NCBI GenBank assembly: GCA_029246385.1
Contig: JAQWNG010000044.1
Coordinates: 6,270-70,269 of the forward strand
Direction of reading: 5' to 3'
Origin: Halioglobus sp.
Lineage (GTDB): Bacteria > Pseudomonadota > Gammaproteobacteria > Pseudomonadales > Halieaceae
DNA length: 64,000 nucleotides
The notes under the pieces were generated by a model that was not told the DNA's origin, did no database searches, and saw nothing but the letters and a program-made list of their open reading frames with translations. Within the stretch, counting starts at the first letter, position 1; every line of letters starts with the position of its first letter. Of this stretch, positions 8,689 to 17,917 are shown piece after piece. A program made the position numbers and the translations under genes.

Positions 8689-10125
8689 TTAGAGCTTCTT
8701 CAAAAGTGCGGCTGCAATCAAGCCGAGGTTACCCCACATCGACTGTGCATATACACCCGTTCGCCACAAATGCAGCAATCTGCGAGGGAATGGCTGATCT
8801 CTAGCCGCACGAAAGTCATCCAAAAGTCTCTGATTCTCTTCGGTTAAGTAAGACCGGCTTTGCTGCAGCGCTTCGATGTGTTGGGTATTCCATATCCGGT
8901 TACGCCCCTGCAGCGCCAACCAGAATCGCTTAAACCTAACGCTCCAGTTCCTCGATGAACCGACTAGGTTATTCTTATGCTGGCGATAGCTTATCGAAGG
9001 ACGCTCATCATAAATAACCAATCCCCCTGATCCCGCTACCAAAATATAGGTCCACCAATCATGCGTTACGATGTCGACTGGACCCACAGCAGAAAGGAGA
9101 TCTCTTGCCGCAAGATTCATCACCATAGTATTGCCGCCAGCGATATTTTGAATCAGTGCATTGGCGAAGCTAGGTTGCTTAGAAAACAAGGGCGACAAGC
9201 CAATATTACGCCCGTGTATGTCTATCAGCAGGGAACGCGAACAGTAGAGTGCGGGGCGATCATCCGGAAGAGAGGATAACGCCTCGACAGCGCGAGACAA
9301 TTTATTTGTAGCCCAGATATCATCTTGATCAGCGTAGGCGAAATAATCTCCTTCAATTTTTGAGAAAATTAATGAAAAAAAGTTTTCTGCATGACCACGC
9401 CTGGGTCCCTGACCTACTGATAGTAGATCCTCACCCCAACGGTCACGAAACGTCTGAAGTATGTTCTGTGTTTCATCCTGTGAACCATCGTCAGAGACAT
9501 AAATCGATACTCGCACATCTGCTTGCTCGGCGATGGATTCCAACTGCTGTGCTAAAAATTTTCCACCGTTGTAACAGCACAGCAGCACCGCGACTGTAGG
9601 GACGGTGTCAGAACTTAACGCCATTGAACCTTGCAGAGGCTTGCTACAATCGTCCTCGCTCTGACCACTAAAGCTTCCATTTATCGACTCGCCCTGCTCC
9701 TCGTCAATTTTCACATGATTTTGCAGAGCCTTGATGATATTGCTCTGAACACCAAGCGCCATGAATACGGCTCTGTCCAGCGCTCTGGCAAGCGCTTCAA
9801 CTAAACCATGGCCTTGGGGTACGTTTGCAGGAAATGTGATGCCCGCATCAGTCATCCCCATCGGCGCGACATTGTTACTTAATAAAAAGTTATGCGAAAC
9901 ATTTGCCAAATATATGGATTCTGGCGGAAGATCTGTACCGCTCAATAAAGGAATGTTTAACTGCTTGCTTAGCGCAGCAGCAACATCTTGGTCCGAAACC
10001 AGCCCCAGCTTTACTAGGACTTGGCCTAGTAAGTGGCCCAATTCTGACTTCGCAAGCAGGGCTTTCTCTGCATCACTCTCGGAGAGCTTGCCTTGCTCTA
10101 ATAGCAATTCCCCCAGTTTTTTCAT
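8689..10125 (-). CDS. MshEN/T2SSE_N-type (c-di-GMP-binding) domain fused to a family-2 glycosyltransferase (rhamnosyltransferase-like)
   Basis: The ORF track gives 8689-10188. I prefer the internal ATG at 10125 (MKKLGELLLEQG...). The N-terminus carries two 24-residue MshEN-like motifs separated by 5 residues. The C-terminal half has GT2 motifs VAVLLCCYNGGKFL, YVSDDGSQDET, YADQDDIW and HDWWTY. Confidence 0.8.
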   Translation of the reverse strand: MKKLGELLLEQGKLSESDAEKALLAKSELGHLLGQVLVKLGLVSDQDVAAALSKQLNIPLLSGTDLPPESIYLANVSHNFLLSNNVAPMGMTDAGITFPANVPQGHGLVEALARALDRAVFMALGVQSNIIKALQNHVKIDEEQGESINGSFSGQSEDDCSKPLQGSMALSSDTVPTVAVLLCCYNGGKFLAQQLESIAEQADVRVSIYVSDDGSQDETQNILQTFRDRWGEDLLSVGQGPRRGHAENFFSLIFSKIEGDYFAYADQDDIWATNKLSRAVEALSSLPDDRPALYCSRSLLIDIHGRNIGLSPLFSKQPSFANALIQNIAGGNTMVMNLAARDLLSAVGPVDIVTHDWWTYILVAGSGGLVIYDERPSISYRQHKNNLVGSSRNWSVRFKRFWLALQGRNRIWNTQHIEALQQSRSYLTEENQRLLDDFRAARDQPFPRRLLHLWRTGVYAQSMWGNLGLIAAALLKKL

Positions 10126-10252
10126 AAACCATTCGATCTCACGCAAATGTGTGGAGAAGGTTAGCGCTGGTAACAGCGAAACACGCACGATTGACTCGAA
10201 TTCAGTGTAACATAACTCTAATCGGCGTATGCGCTAGGAAATCTAAACATAA

Positions 10253-10270
10253 CCGAGCAAGCGTGTTCGG
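10253..10270 (-). terminator. weak candidate terminator after the last gene of the long minus-strand operon
   Basis: On the minus strand, CCGAAC-ACGCUU-GCUCGG (one mismatch) is followed by UUAUGUUUAGAUUU. It begins 12 nt downstream of the thiolase stop. Confidence 0.3.
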
Positions 10271-10281
10271 CGCAGATCGAA

Positions 10282-11484
10282 TTAGGCAACTTCGAAAAGC
10301 CCAGCAGCCCCCATGCCGCCGCCAATACACATTGTGACCACGACGTATCCTGCACCCCGACGCTTACCTTCAAGTAACGCATGGCCCACCATCCGCGCCC
10401 CACTCATACCAAACGGATGACCAATAGAAATAGAACCTCCGCTGACATTAAGCTTGGCATTATCGATACCTAACTGGTCGCGGCAATAGATCACCTGGCA
10501 CGCAAATGCCTCATTCAGTTCCCAAAGATCGATGTCGTTAACCGTTAGACCATGACGCTGCAGAAGTTTAGGGACTGCAAACACCGGTCCAATGCCCATC
10601 TCGTCAGATTTGCAACCCGCGACAGCGAGACCGCGGTAGACGCCCAAGGGTGAGAGTCCCCTCTTGGACGCCAACGTTGCATCCATCAACACACAAGCAG
10701 AAGCACCGTCAGAGAGCTGCGAAGAATTCCCAGCCGTAATAAACCGTCCTTCTTTTATCCGCTGGCCATCCTTAAACACAGGCTCCAAGGCAGCAAGACT
10801 TTCCAGCGTGGTGGCGGGACGATTACAATCATCTCGATCTACCACTGTCTCCTGATAGCTAGTCTCTCTCGTTTCTTTATTGAACATAGCCATTGTGGTG
10901 GTCATTGACACGATTTCAGCGTCAAACAGGCCTGCGTTCTGTGCAGCAGCCGTGCGCTGTTGGCTTTGTAAAGAGTATATGTCCTGAGCTTCACGACTAA
11001 TGTTGTAACGTTTAGACACCACTTCAGCGGTCTCTAACATTGGCATATAAGCCGCAGCATCGACGACGTTAACTGCCTGTGACACATTGCGGTAAGCATT
11101 CTTATGCTTAGTCTGCACCAGTGATATAGACTCCACTCCACCGGCCACCGCGATATCATATTCGTTGCACATAATACTCTTGGCGGCAGACGCAATCGAC
11201 ATCAGGCCAGAGGAACACTGGCGCTCAATCGCCATGCCGGCGACAGAGTCAGGCAGGCCGCCGGCGATACCGCTGAGACGTCCTATATTATAGCTCTGTG
11301 TGCCCTGCTGTGCCGCGGCGCCAAAAATACAATCGTCGACCTCTGACGGATCAACCCCAGCTCGCTCAACCGCCGCGCGCACGACATGGCCGCCCATAGC
11401 AGGCGCTTCTGTGTCGTTAAATCCGCCACGAAATGATTTCGCCAAACCGGTTCTTGCTGTAGACACTATGACCGCTTCTCTCAT
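10282..11484 (-). CDS. acetyl-CoA C-acyltransferase (thiolase)
   Basis: 400 aa. Thiolase N-terminus MREAVIVSTARTGLAKSFRGGF, active-site Cys region RQCSSGL, C-terminal NVSGGSISIGHPFGMSG and CIGGGMG. Confidence 0.9.
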   Translation of the reverse strand: MREAVIVSTARTGLAKSFRGGFNDTEAPAMGGHVVRAAVERAGVDPSEVDDCIFGAAAQQGTQSYNIGRLSGIAGGLPDSVAGMAIERQCSSGLMSIASAAKSIMCNEYDIAVAGGVESISLVQTKHKNAYRNVSQAVNVVDAAAYMPMLETAEVVSKRYNISREAQDIYSLQSQQRTAAAQNAGLFDAEIVSMTTTMAMFNKETRETSYQETVVDRDDCNRPATTLESLAALEPVFKDGQRIKEGRFITAGNSSQLSDGASACVLMDATLASKRGLSPLGVYRGLAVAGCKSDEMGIGPVFAVPKLLQRHGLTVNDIDLWELNEAFACQVIYCRDQLGIDNAKLNVSGGSISIGHPFGMSGARMVGHALLEGKRRGAGYVVVTMCIGGGMGAAGLFEVA

Positions 11485-11542
11485 ATCACCTCTCTTAATT
11501 CTTTATAACTACTTCATCTAAATTTTTTTAACAATGCACCAA

Positions 11543-12334
11543 TTAACTGCGTTGACTTGAAACCGGTACTATCTCGCCCGTCATATAGCTCGAATAATCC
11601 GACGACAAAAACATCATGACATTGGCGACTTCCCAAGCCTCCGCGGCACGCCCGTAGGCTTCTTTAGCCTCTAGCTCAGCCAATAATTCTTCCGAGGCAG
11701 ACTTGCGCAACATGGGGTGCAACACAATGGACGGCGCAACAGCATTGATACGCACATTAAAGTCAGCAGCCTCCAATGCAGCGCAACGCGTCAATGCCAT
11801 CACTCCTGCCTTAGCAGCGGCATAGTGCGCCTGTTCTTTTTGTGCACGCCAGCCCAGCACAGACGCATTATTGACAATGACGCCGCCTTGCCCGCGCGCC
11901 TTCATGACCTTCATCATATAGCGCGTCATACGCATAGTGCCGTTAAGTGTTACATCGATGACTCGATTCCACTCATCATCTTCCATTTCCATTAGCAATT
12001 TTGAGCTACCGAGGCCTGCATTGTTAATCAGAATATCGACGCCGCCCATATTCTCTTCAGCGAAATCCACCAGCGAACGCACATCGTCTTCGACCACCAC
12101 ATTGCCTATTTTACCGTAGACTTCAGCAAGACCGGATTCTTGTTTCAGCTTGCCAACCGCTATCGACAATCGACCCTCATGAATATCACTGAGCACAATG
12201 GCGCGGGCGCCCTCTTCTGCAGCCTTGATGGCAGCAGAAAAACCGATTCCGGCGCCGGCTGCCGCGGTTATCAATACGGACTTGCCTTTGATGAGATCGT
12301 GACCGGGCACATATTTGGGCGATTTCAAATTCAT
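11543..12334 (-). CDS. short-chain dehydrogenase/reductase (SDR)
   Basis: The track ORF extends to 12460, overlapping the upstream gene. ATG at 12334 is preceded by AAAGGA, giving 263 aa. Motifs: TAAAGAGIG Rossmann, NNAG, YAAAK catalytic. Confidence 0.85.
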   Translation of the reverse strand: MNLKSPKYVPGHDLIKGKSVLITAAAGAGIGFSAAIKAAEEGARAIVLSDIHEGRLSIAVGKLKQESGLAEVYGKIGNVVVEDDVRSLVDFAEENMGGVDILINNAGLGSSKLLMEMEDDEWNRVIDVTLNGTMRMTRYMMKVMKARGQGGVIVNNASVLGWRAQKEQAHYAAAKAGVMALTRCAALEAADFNVRINAVAPSIVLHPMLRKSASEELLAELEAKEAYGRAAEAWEVANVMMFLSSDYSSYMTGEIVPVSSQRS

Positions 12335-12353
12335 AATGAGTCCTTTAAACCGT

Positions 12354-13556
12354 TCACTTGGCCACACCTTTGGGTTCTTTGGGCATACCCAGACCCCGCT
12401 CGGCAATGATATTACGTTGGATCTGGTTAGTGCCGCCGTAGATAGTGTCAGCGCGGACAAACAAATACATAGATTGTAAACGACTTAAGCTGTACGGCGC
12501 GTCCTCGAGGATTTCGCACTCAGGACCCAATACATCCATTGCCAGCTCACCCAGACTGCGGTGCCAGGTAGACCAAAATAATTTGTAGATAAGGGCTTCC
12601 TTTTGGAGTCCCCCATCGCTACCGCTTTGGCCAGACAAGATACGCATAGAGTTATAACGCATAATTTTTAGCTCTGAATGCGCCCGTGCAAGGCGCTGAC
12701 GAATCGCCGGATCCTTTGCGGCGCCATTATTTTTGGCGACACGAATAACCTCATCTAATTCATTTTGAAATTGCATTTGCTGACCAAGCGTTGACACACC
12801 TCGCTCGAAACCCAGCAGCCCCATTGCCACCTTCCATCCTTCGCCTGGCGCACCGACAATGTCGTCTGCATCACACTGCGCCTCATCAAAAAACACCTCA
12901 TTAAATTCAGAGGTGCCCGTGATCTGCTCGATAGGTCGGACTTCAACCCCGGGCTGGTCCATCTTTATCAGGAAAAATCCCAAGCCTTTGTGTGCTACAG
13001 AATCAAGGTCGGTGCGAGCGATCACAAAACAATAGTTAGACTCATGAGCTAGTGAGGTCCAGACCTTTTGCCCGTTAATAATCCATTTGTTTTGCGCTTC
13101 ATCAAAACGCGCCTTCGTCTTGACGTTGGCCAAATCTGATCCCGCGCTAGGCTCAGAGTAACCCTGACACCACAGTTCAGTACCCGCAACGATACCGGGC
13201 AGATATTTTTTTTTCTGTTCATCGGTACCGAAGGCAATAAGCGTAGGGCCAGCCAGCCCCTCGCCAATATGCCCGACGCGCCCCGGCGCTCCCGCCCGCG
13301 CGTATTCCTCAAAAAAGATCACCTGCTGCTCAATCGAACAGCCACGGCCACCATATTCCTTTGACCAGCCAACGCAGGTCCAACCACCCTCTGCGAGCTT
13401 TTGCTCCCACACTTTGCGTTGCTCGGGGAATGTATGCTCGTCACCGGGCCCACCGCGAAAGCGCAACTTTTCAAATTCGCCGGTCAGATTGACCTGCAAC
13501 CAATTGGCAATCTCCTGTCGAAATTGCTCGTCTTCGGCACTAAAACTTAATTTCAC
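12354..13556 (-). CDS. acyl-CoA dehydrogenase, alpha-type (large) subunit of an adjacent-gene pair
   Basis: 400 aa ACAD fold. The C-terminal motif is IYGGTNQIQRNIIAERGLGMP. Its start overlaps the stop of the upstream ACAD gene by 4 nt. Confidence 0.85.
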   Translation of the reverse strand: MKLSFSAEDEQFRQEIANWLQVNLTGEFEKLRFRGGPGDEHTFPEQRKVWEQKLAEGGWTCVGWSKEYGGRGCSIEQQVIFFEEYARAGAPGRVGHIGEGLAGPTLIAFGTDEQKKKYLPGIVAGTELWCQGYSEPSAGSDLANVKTKARFDEAQNKWIINGQKVWTSLAHESNYCFVIARTDLDSVAHKGLGFFLIKMDQPGVEVRPIEQITGTSEFNEVFFDEAQCDADDIVGAPGEGWKVAMGLLGFERGVSTLGQQMQFQNELDEVIRVAKNNGAAKDPAIRQRLARAHSELKIMRYNSMRILSGQSGSDGGLQKEALIYKLFWSTWHRSLGELAMDVLGPECEILEDAPYSLSRLQSMYLFVRADTIYGGTNQIQRNIIAERGLGMPKEPKGVAK

Positions 13557-14725
13557 GAATCTCCTCCTTCATCCAGCAGCATACAAGCCAAGCGCTCACG
13601 ATGAAAAACACCGTTGCCTAGCAAATGCTCGGAAGATTTTGCACGTTTTAAATACAGGTGGACGTCGTATTCCCAGGTAAAACCCACACCTCCAAACAAC
13701 TGCAGTGCGTCACCGGCAACGGCAAAGTAGGCATCGGAGCAATAGGACTTTGCGACACTGGCCGCCTCACTCAGCTCCGCCGAAAGTGGACCACCCTCCA
13801 GTGCCTCTTGAGCTACGCAGGCGGCATAATAAATCGCGGAACGCGCAACTTCGACTTTCAGCATCATATCGGCGGCTTTATGCTTTACCGCCTGATAACT
13901 CGCAATGGTGCGGTTAAACTGCACTCGCTCGCTGGTATATGCCACCGTCATATCGAGTAGCTGCTGGCAGCCGCCGACCTGCTCCGCAGCCAGTGCAATC
14001 GAGGCGAGGTCAATCACCGTGGACAGCGATTTCCAAGCCTGTCCCGGCTCGCCCATTACAGCATCCGCCGGGAGGCTCACGTTTTTCAGTTGCACAGCGG
14101 CCTGCTTACGCGCCTGATCCATCGTTGGCAACCACTGTCGACTGACGCCGTCGGTGGTTGCCGGCAGCAAAAAGAGGCTAACACCCTCTGCTCCCGTTGC
14201 ACCCTCGGCCCGAGCCGCCACGATCAGAAGGTCAGCAGTATGCCCATCAATGACATAGCGGTAATCACCATTTAACAGATACCCGTCACCCTCACGCCGC
14301 CAGGTCGCGGTAATCGATTCTGCGTCCCAGCGACTTGAACCGCCGTTGAATGCCAATGTTGCAGTCACCGTACCCTGGCACAGTTGCGCTAGCCAGTGCG
14401 CCTGTTGCGATTCACTGCCTGCCACCCGCAACGCATTGCCTGCCAGACAAACGGTGGACAAAAAGGGCGCGCACAGGAGTGAGCGGCCCATCTGCTCCAT
14501 CATGGCAACCAACTCGACATAACCTAGACCCATGCCACCATAGGCTTCCGGCACATGAATTGCCTGCCAGTACATTTCACTGCAGATACGATTCCACAGT
14601 TCAGGCTCATAGCCCTGCTCCGTGTCCATAGCACGACGTACCGCCGCACTATCAGACACCTCAGCGAGAAAGGCGGCCGTTGTATCACGAATCATTTCCT
14701 GTTCTTCTGTAAATGCGAATTCCAT
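13553..14725 (-). CDS. acyl-CoA dehydrogenase family protein, beta-type subunit
   Basis: 390 aa ACAD fold. It lacks the Y-x-G-T-x-x-x-Q motif and instead has QLFGGVGFTWEYDVHLYLKRA near the C-terminus. Confidence 0.8.
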   Translation of the reverse strand: MEFAFTEEQEMIRDTTAAFLAEVSDSAAVRRAMDTEQGYEPELWNRICSEMYWQAIHVPEAYGGMGLGYVELVAMMEQMGRSLLCAPFLSTVCLAGNALRVAGSESQQAHWLAQLCQGTVTATLAFNGGSSRWDAESITATWRREGDGYLLNGDYRYVIDGHTADLLIVAARAEGATGAEGVSLFLLPATTDGVSRQWLPTMDQARKQAAVQLKNVSLPADAVMGEPGQAWKSLSTVIDLASIALAAEQVGGCQQLLDMTVAYTSERVQFNRTIASYQAVKHKAADMMLKVEVARSAIYYAACVAQEALEGGPLSAELSEAASVAKSYCSDAYFAVAGDALQLFGGVGFTWEYDVHLYLKRAKSSEHLLGNGVFHRERLACMLLDEGGDS

Positions 14726-14749
14726 AACTTCTCCGATCAGCGCCTGACT

Positions 14750-15643
14750 TTAGGTGCCCCAGACTTTCTGAGCCGGCACTTCCTCTGCCAACAATTTTTT
14801 CATCGCCACTCCCATTTCGGCTGGCGCCCACGCCGCGCCGCGATCGACGCCGGCTGTCGTGCGCCAACCGTCGCAAATGCAAATGCGACCACCTTCAGAC
14901 TCGAATACTCGCCCAGTCACCGCAGCAGCTTCCGCACTGCCGAGCCACGCCAACAGGTTCGAGACGTTCTCAGGGGCGAAGTGGTCAAAGCTGCCATCCT
15001 CCGGCTTCGCCATGCGTTCAGCCATTTCTGGCACCGCACTGGTCATACCCGTGCGAGCCGAAGGAGCGACTGCATTGGCAGTGATGTTGTATCGACCAAG
15101 CTCTGCGGCTTGATTCAGTGTCAACGCAGCAATACCCGCTTTGGCCGCAGCGTAGTTTGATTGCCCGATGGAGCCCTGCAAGCCGGCACCCGAGGTCGTA
15201 TTGATAATACGTGCATCCACCGGCTGACCTTCCTTTGATCGCCCGCGCCAATAGTGGACGGCGTGAGAGCTGATGCAAAAATGACCTTTAAGGTGCACCG
15301 CCATAATAGTGTCCCACTCTTGCTCGGTCATAGAGGCAAACATACGGTCGCGATTAACGCCGGCGTTGTTTAACACGATATGTAAATCACCGTAGCTGTC
15401 GATGGCCTGCTTAATGGCATTGAGGCTGTCGTCGTAATGCGTGATGTCACTACTGTTAACCACAGCTTTGCCGCCGGCAGCAGTGATCTCGTTCACCACC
15501 GCCTGAGCTGCCTCTGTATTAATATCGTTTACCACAACAGCGCAGCCTTCAGCTGCGAATACTCGTGCGTGTGCCGCGCCCAAGCCACCACCGGCACCGG
15601 TAATGATGGCGACCCGCCCTTGTAGAATTCCACTCATCGTCAA
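14750..15643 (-). CDS. SDR-family oxidoreductase (hydroxyacyl-CoA dehydrogenase-like)
   Basis: 297 aa. Motifs: ITGAGGGLG, NNAG, YAAAKAG. It resembles the dehydrogenase domain of MFE-2/Hsd4A-type and Rv3548c-type enzymes (family level only). Confidence 0.8.
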   Translation of the reverse strand: MTMSGILQGRVAIITGAGGGLGAAHARVFAAEGCAVVVNDINTEAAQAVVNEITAAGGKAVVNSSDITHYDDSLNAIKQAIDSYGDLHIVLNNAGVNRDRMFASMTEQEWDTIMAVHLKGHFCISSHAVHYWRGRSKEGQPVDARIINTTSGAGLQGSIGQSNYAAAKAGIAALTLNQAAELGRYNITANAVAPSARTGMTSAVPEMAERMAKPEDGSFDHFAPENVSNLLAWLGSAEAAAVTGRVFESEGGRICICDGWRTTAGVDRGAAWAPAEMGVAMKKLLAEEVPAQKVWGT

Positions 15644-15701
15644 TATCCTCTCGTTAGGTCCTGTTGCATCGCGTTATAACGTCGCCTCTAGCGGCATCGC
15701 C

Positions 15702-16850
15702 CTATAGACGTTCCAAAATAGTCACGTTAGCCTGACCTCCACCCTCGCACATAGTCTGCAGACCGTACTTACCACCCGTGCGCTCTAACTCATGCAGCAG
15801 TGTCGTCATCAGCTTAGTGCCAGAGGCCCCTAGCGGATGTCCCAGTGCGATCGCACCACCGTTCACATTAGTCTTCTCAATGGGATAACCTGTCTCGATC
15901 AGCCATGCCATCGGCACCGACGCGAACGCCTCATTAATTTCGATATGGTCAATGTCTGATAGTTTTATACCAGATTTTTTAAGCGCATATTCCGTTGCTG
16001 GAATTGGCGCGGTGAGCATCCAAATAGGATCGGCCGCGCGGACGCTCATGTGCACGATGCGCGCACGCGGGGTCAAGTTATAGCGCTTCAGTGCCGCCTC
16101 TGACACCACCAGCAACGCCGAAGATCCGTCACAGGTCTGACTCGACACCGCTGCGGTAATCGTGCCGCCTTCCATCAACGGTTCCAATTCAGCCATTTTT
16201 TCCATCGAGGTATTGCGTGGCGTCTCATCCATAACAACACCATTGAGGGGTACAATCTCGCGATCGAAGCGCCCTTGCTCAATCGCAGCAAGCGCCAGCG
16301 TGTGCGAGCGTAGTGCAAATTCTTCCATCTGCTCGCGTGAAATTTTCCACTTGTCTGCAATCATTTGTGCAGACACAAACTGCGACGGTGGCGTACTACC
16401 GTAACGCGCAACCCAACCTTGGCTCCCTGAAAACGGATCACTGAACCCCATAGGCTGTGCCGCGATCATCGCGGAGGAGATTGGAATCTGCGTCATAGTC
16501 TGAACTCCACCGGCGACGACCACATCATTAACACCAGCAATAATAGCCTGCGCAGCAAAGTGCACGGCCTGTTGCGAAGAGCCACACTGGCGATCAATGG
16601 TCGTGCCCGGCACTGCATCAGACAGACCCGCAGCAAGCCACGCAGTGCGCGCAATATCGCCAGCGAGGGGTCCAATCGTATCGACGCAGCCAAACATCAC
16701 GTCATCGTACTCAGCATCGGGAATGCCGTTACGCTCGACTAACGCTTTCAACACATGAGCCCCGAGATCCGCACCGTGAACATCACTAAGGCCTCCTTTG
16801 CGGCGACCTGTCGGTGAGCGTACTGCGTCAACTATGTATGCGTCTGTCAT
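15702..16850 (-). CDS. thiolase (FadA6-like by context)
   Basis: 382 aa. Motifs: MTDAYIVDAVRSPTGRRKGG, RQCGSSQQA, NGGAIALGHPLGASG, CEGGGQA. Confidence 0.85.
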   Translation of the reverse strand: MTDAYIVDAVRSPTGRRKGGLSDVHGADLGAHVLKALVERNGIPDAEYDDVMFGCVDTIGPLAGDIARTAWLAAGLSDAVPGTTIDRQCGSSQQAVHFAAQAIIAGVNDVVVAGGVQTMTQIPISSAMIAAQPMGFSDPFSGSQGWVARYGSTPPSQFVSAQMIADKWKISREQMEEFALRSHTLALAAIEQGRFDREIVPLNGVVMDETPRNTSMEKMAELEPLMEGGTITAAVSSQTCDGSSALLVVSEAALKRYNLTPRARIVHMSVRAADPIWMLTAPIPATEYALKKSGIKLSDIDHIEINEAFASVPMAWLIETGYPIEKTNVNGGAIALGHPLGASGTKLMTTLLHELERTGGKYGLQTMCEGGGQANVTILERL

Positions 16851-16867
16851 GTGTATACCCTTTATTT

Positions 16868-17914
16868 TTAAACAAAAGTGGCGCCAGCACCCAGCACCGC
16901 GTCTGTGGCGAACACACGTTCGCCAATACGTGTTTTGTGGAAGCCTGCGTCACCCCAGGTGTTGGCCAGCGCCCACGCTTTCTTCATAAAAATATGCAGG
17001 TCAACTTCCCACGTGTAACCCATCGCACCGTGAACCTGCACACTGTTTTTTGCGGCCAGATTCGCAGCCTCGCAGGCGACCAGTTTAGCGTGTGACACGG
17101 CGTGGGCCGCAACACCCTGACCCGTTGCTACGGCGTAAGCGGCGCGATGCGTCGGTGCCTTGGCGTATTCAAGGCGCACTGCGACGTTGGCCATGTGATG
17201 CTTTACTGCCTGAAAACTTCCGATAGGCTTTCCGAACTGCTGACGCTCACCGGTATAATGCACCGATAGATCAATCATTCGCTGCGCCAGCCCTAAGACT
17301 TGAGCGGCACAGCCCAGCGCACCGCGATTGAGCGTGCGGGCAATCAGCGTTGCGGCCTGCTCACCGCTAGCAACCGGGGCGGCACTATCGAGCAGTTCCA
17401 CCGTGAACAACTTTCGCGACGGGTCAACGGACTCGCTGTAGCATAGACTGAACTGATCCGGCGTCGCGGCATAGAGTGTACCGCCCTGCTGCATCAACAG
17501 AAGATCAGCCACATGTGCGTCCTCTACTAACAGATTCTGCTCTAGGCCAACAACAACCTTCGCCTCACCACTGGCCACCTTAGGCAACCATTGCTCAGCT
17601 AACTCACCGCCGAGGTCATTGAGCAGGGGAACCGCAACCATCACCGTATGCACCAAGGGTTCAGGTAATCCAACGTAGCCACACTCCTGTGCCAACAGCA
17701 CAAAATCCAGCACCGTCATACCGAGACCACCGTTCGCTTCCGACACCGTCATACCTGTCAACCCCAACTCTGCGAGCTGATTCCATAACGCGTCTTCGCG
17801 GCCACTGTCGGTTAACCAACTGGCGCGAATACGTTCAGGGGTTACTTCGTTAACCAGAAAGTCTCGCACGGATTCCTGAAACAGCAGTTGATCTTCGGAA
17901 AATGTAAAATCCAT
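16868..17914 (-). CDS. acyl-CoA dehydrogenase family protein, beta-type (small) subunit
   Basis: 348 aa. The C-terminal motif is VQVHGAMGYTWEVDLHIFMKKA and there is no YxGT motif. It starts 3 nt after the stop of the upstream ACAD. Confidence 0.8.
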   Translation of the reverse strand: MDFTFSEDQLLFQESVRDFLVNEVTPERIRASWLTDSGREDALWNQLAELGLTGMTVSEANGGLGMTVLDFVLLAQECGYVGLPEPLVHTVMVAVPLLNDLGGELAEQWLPKVASGEAKVVVGLEQNLLVEDAHVADLLLMQQGGTLYAATPDQFSLCYSESVDPSRKLFTVELLDSAAPVASGEQAATLIARTLNRGALGCAAQVLGLAQRMIDLSVHYTGERQQFGKPIGSFQAVKHHMANVAVRLEYAKAPTHRAAYAVATGQGVAAHAVSHAKLVACEAANLAAKNSVQVHGAMGYTWEVDLHIFMKKAWALANTWGDAGFHKTRIGERVFATDAVLGAGATFV

Positions 17915-17917
17915 AAA

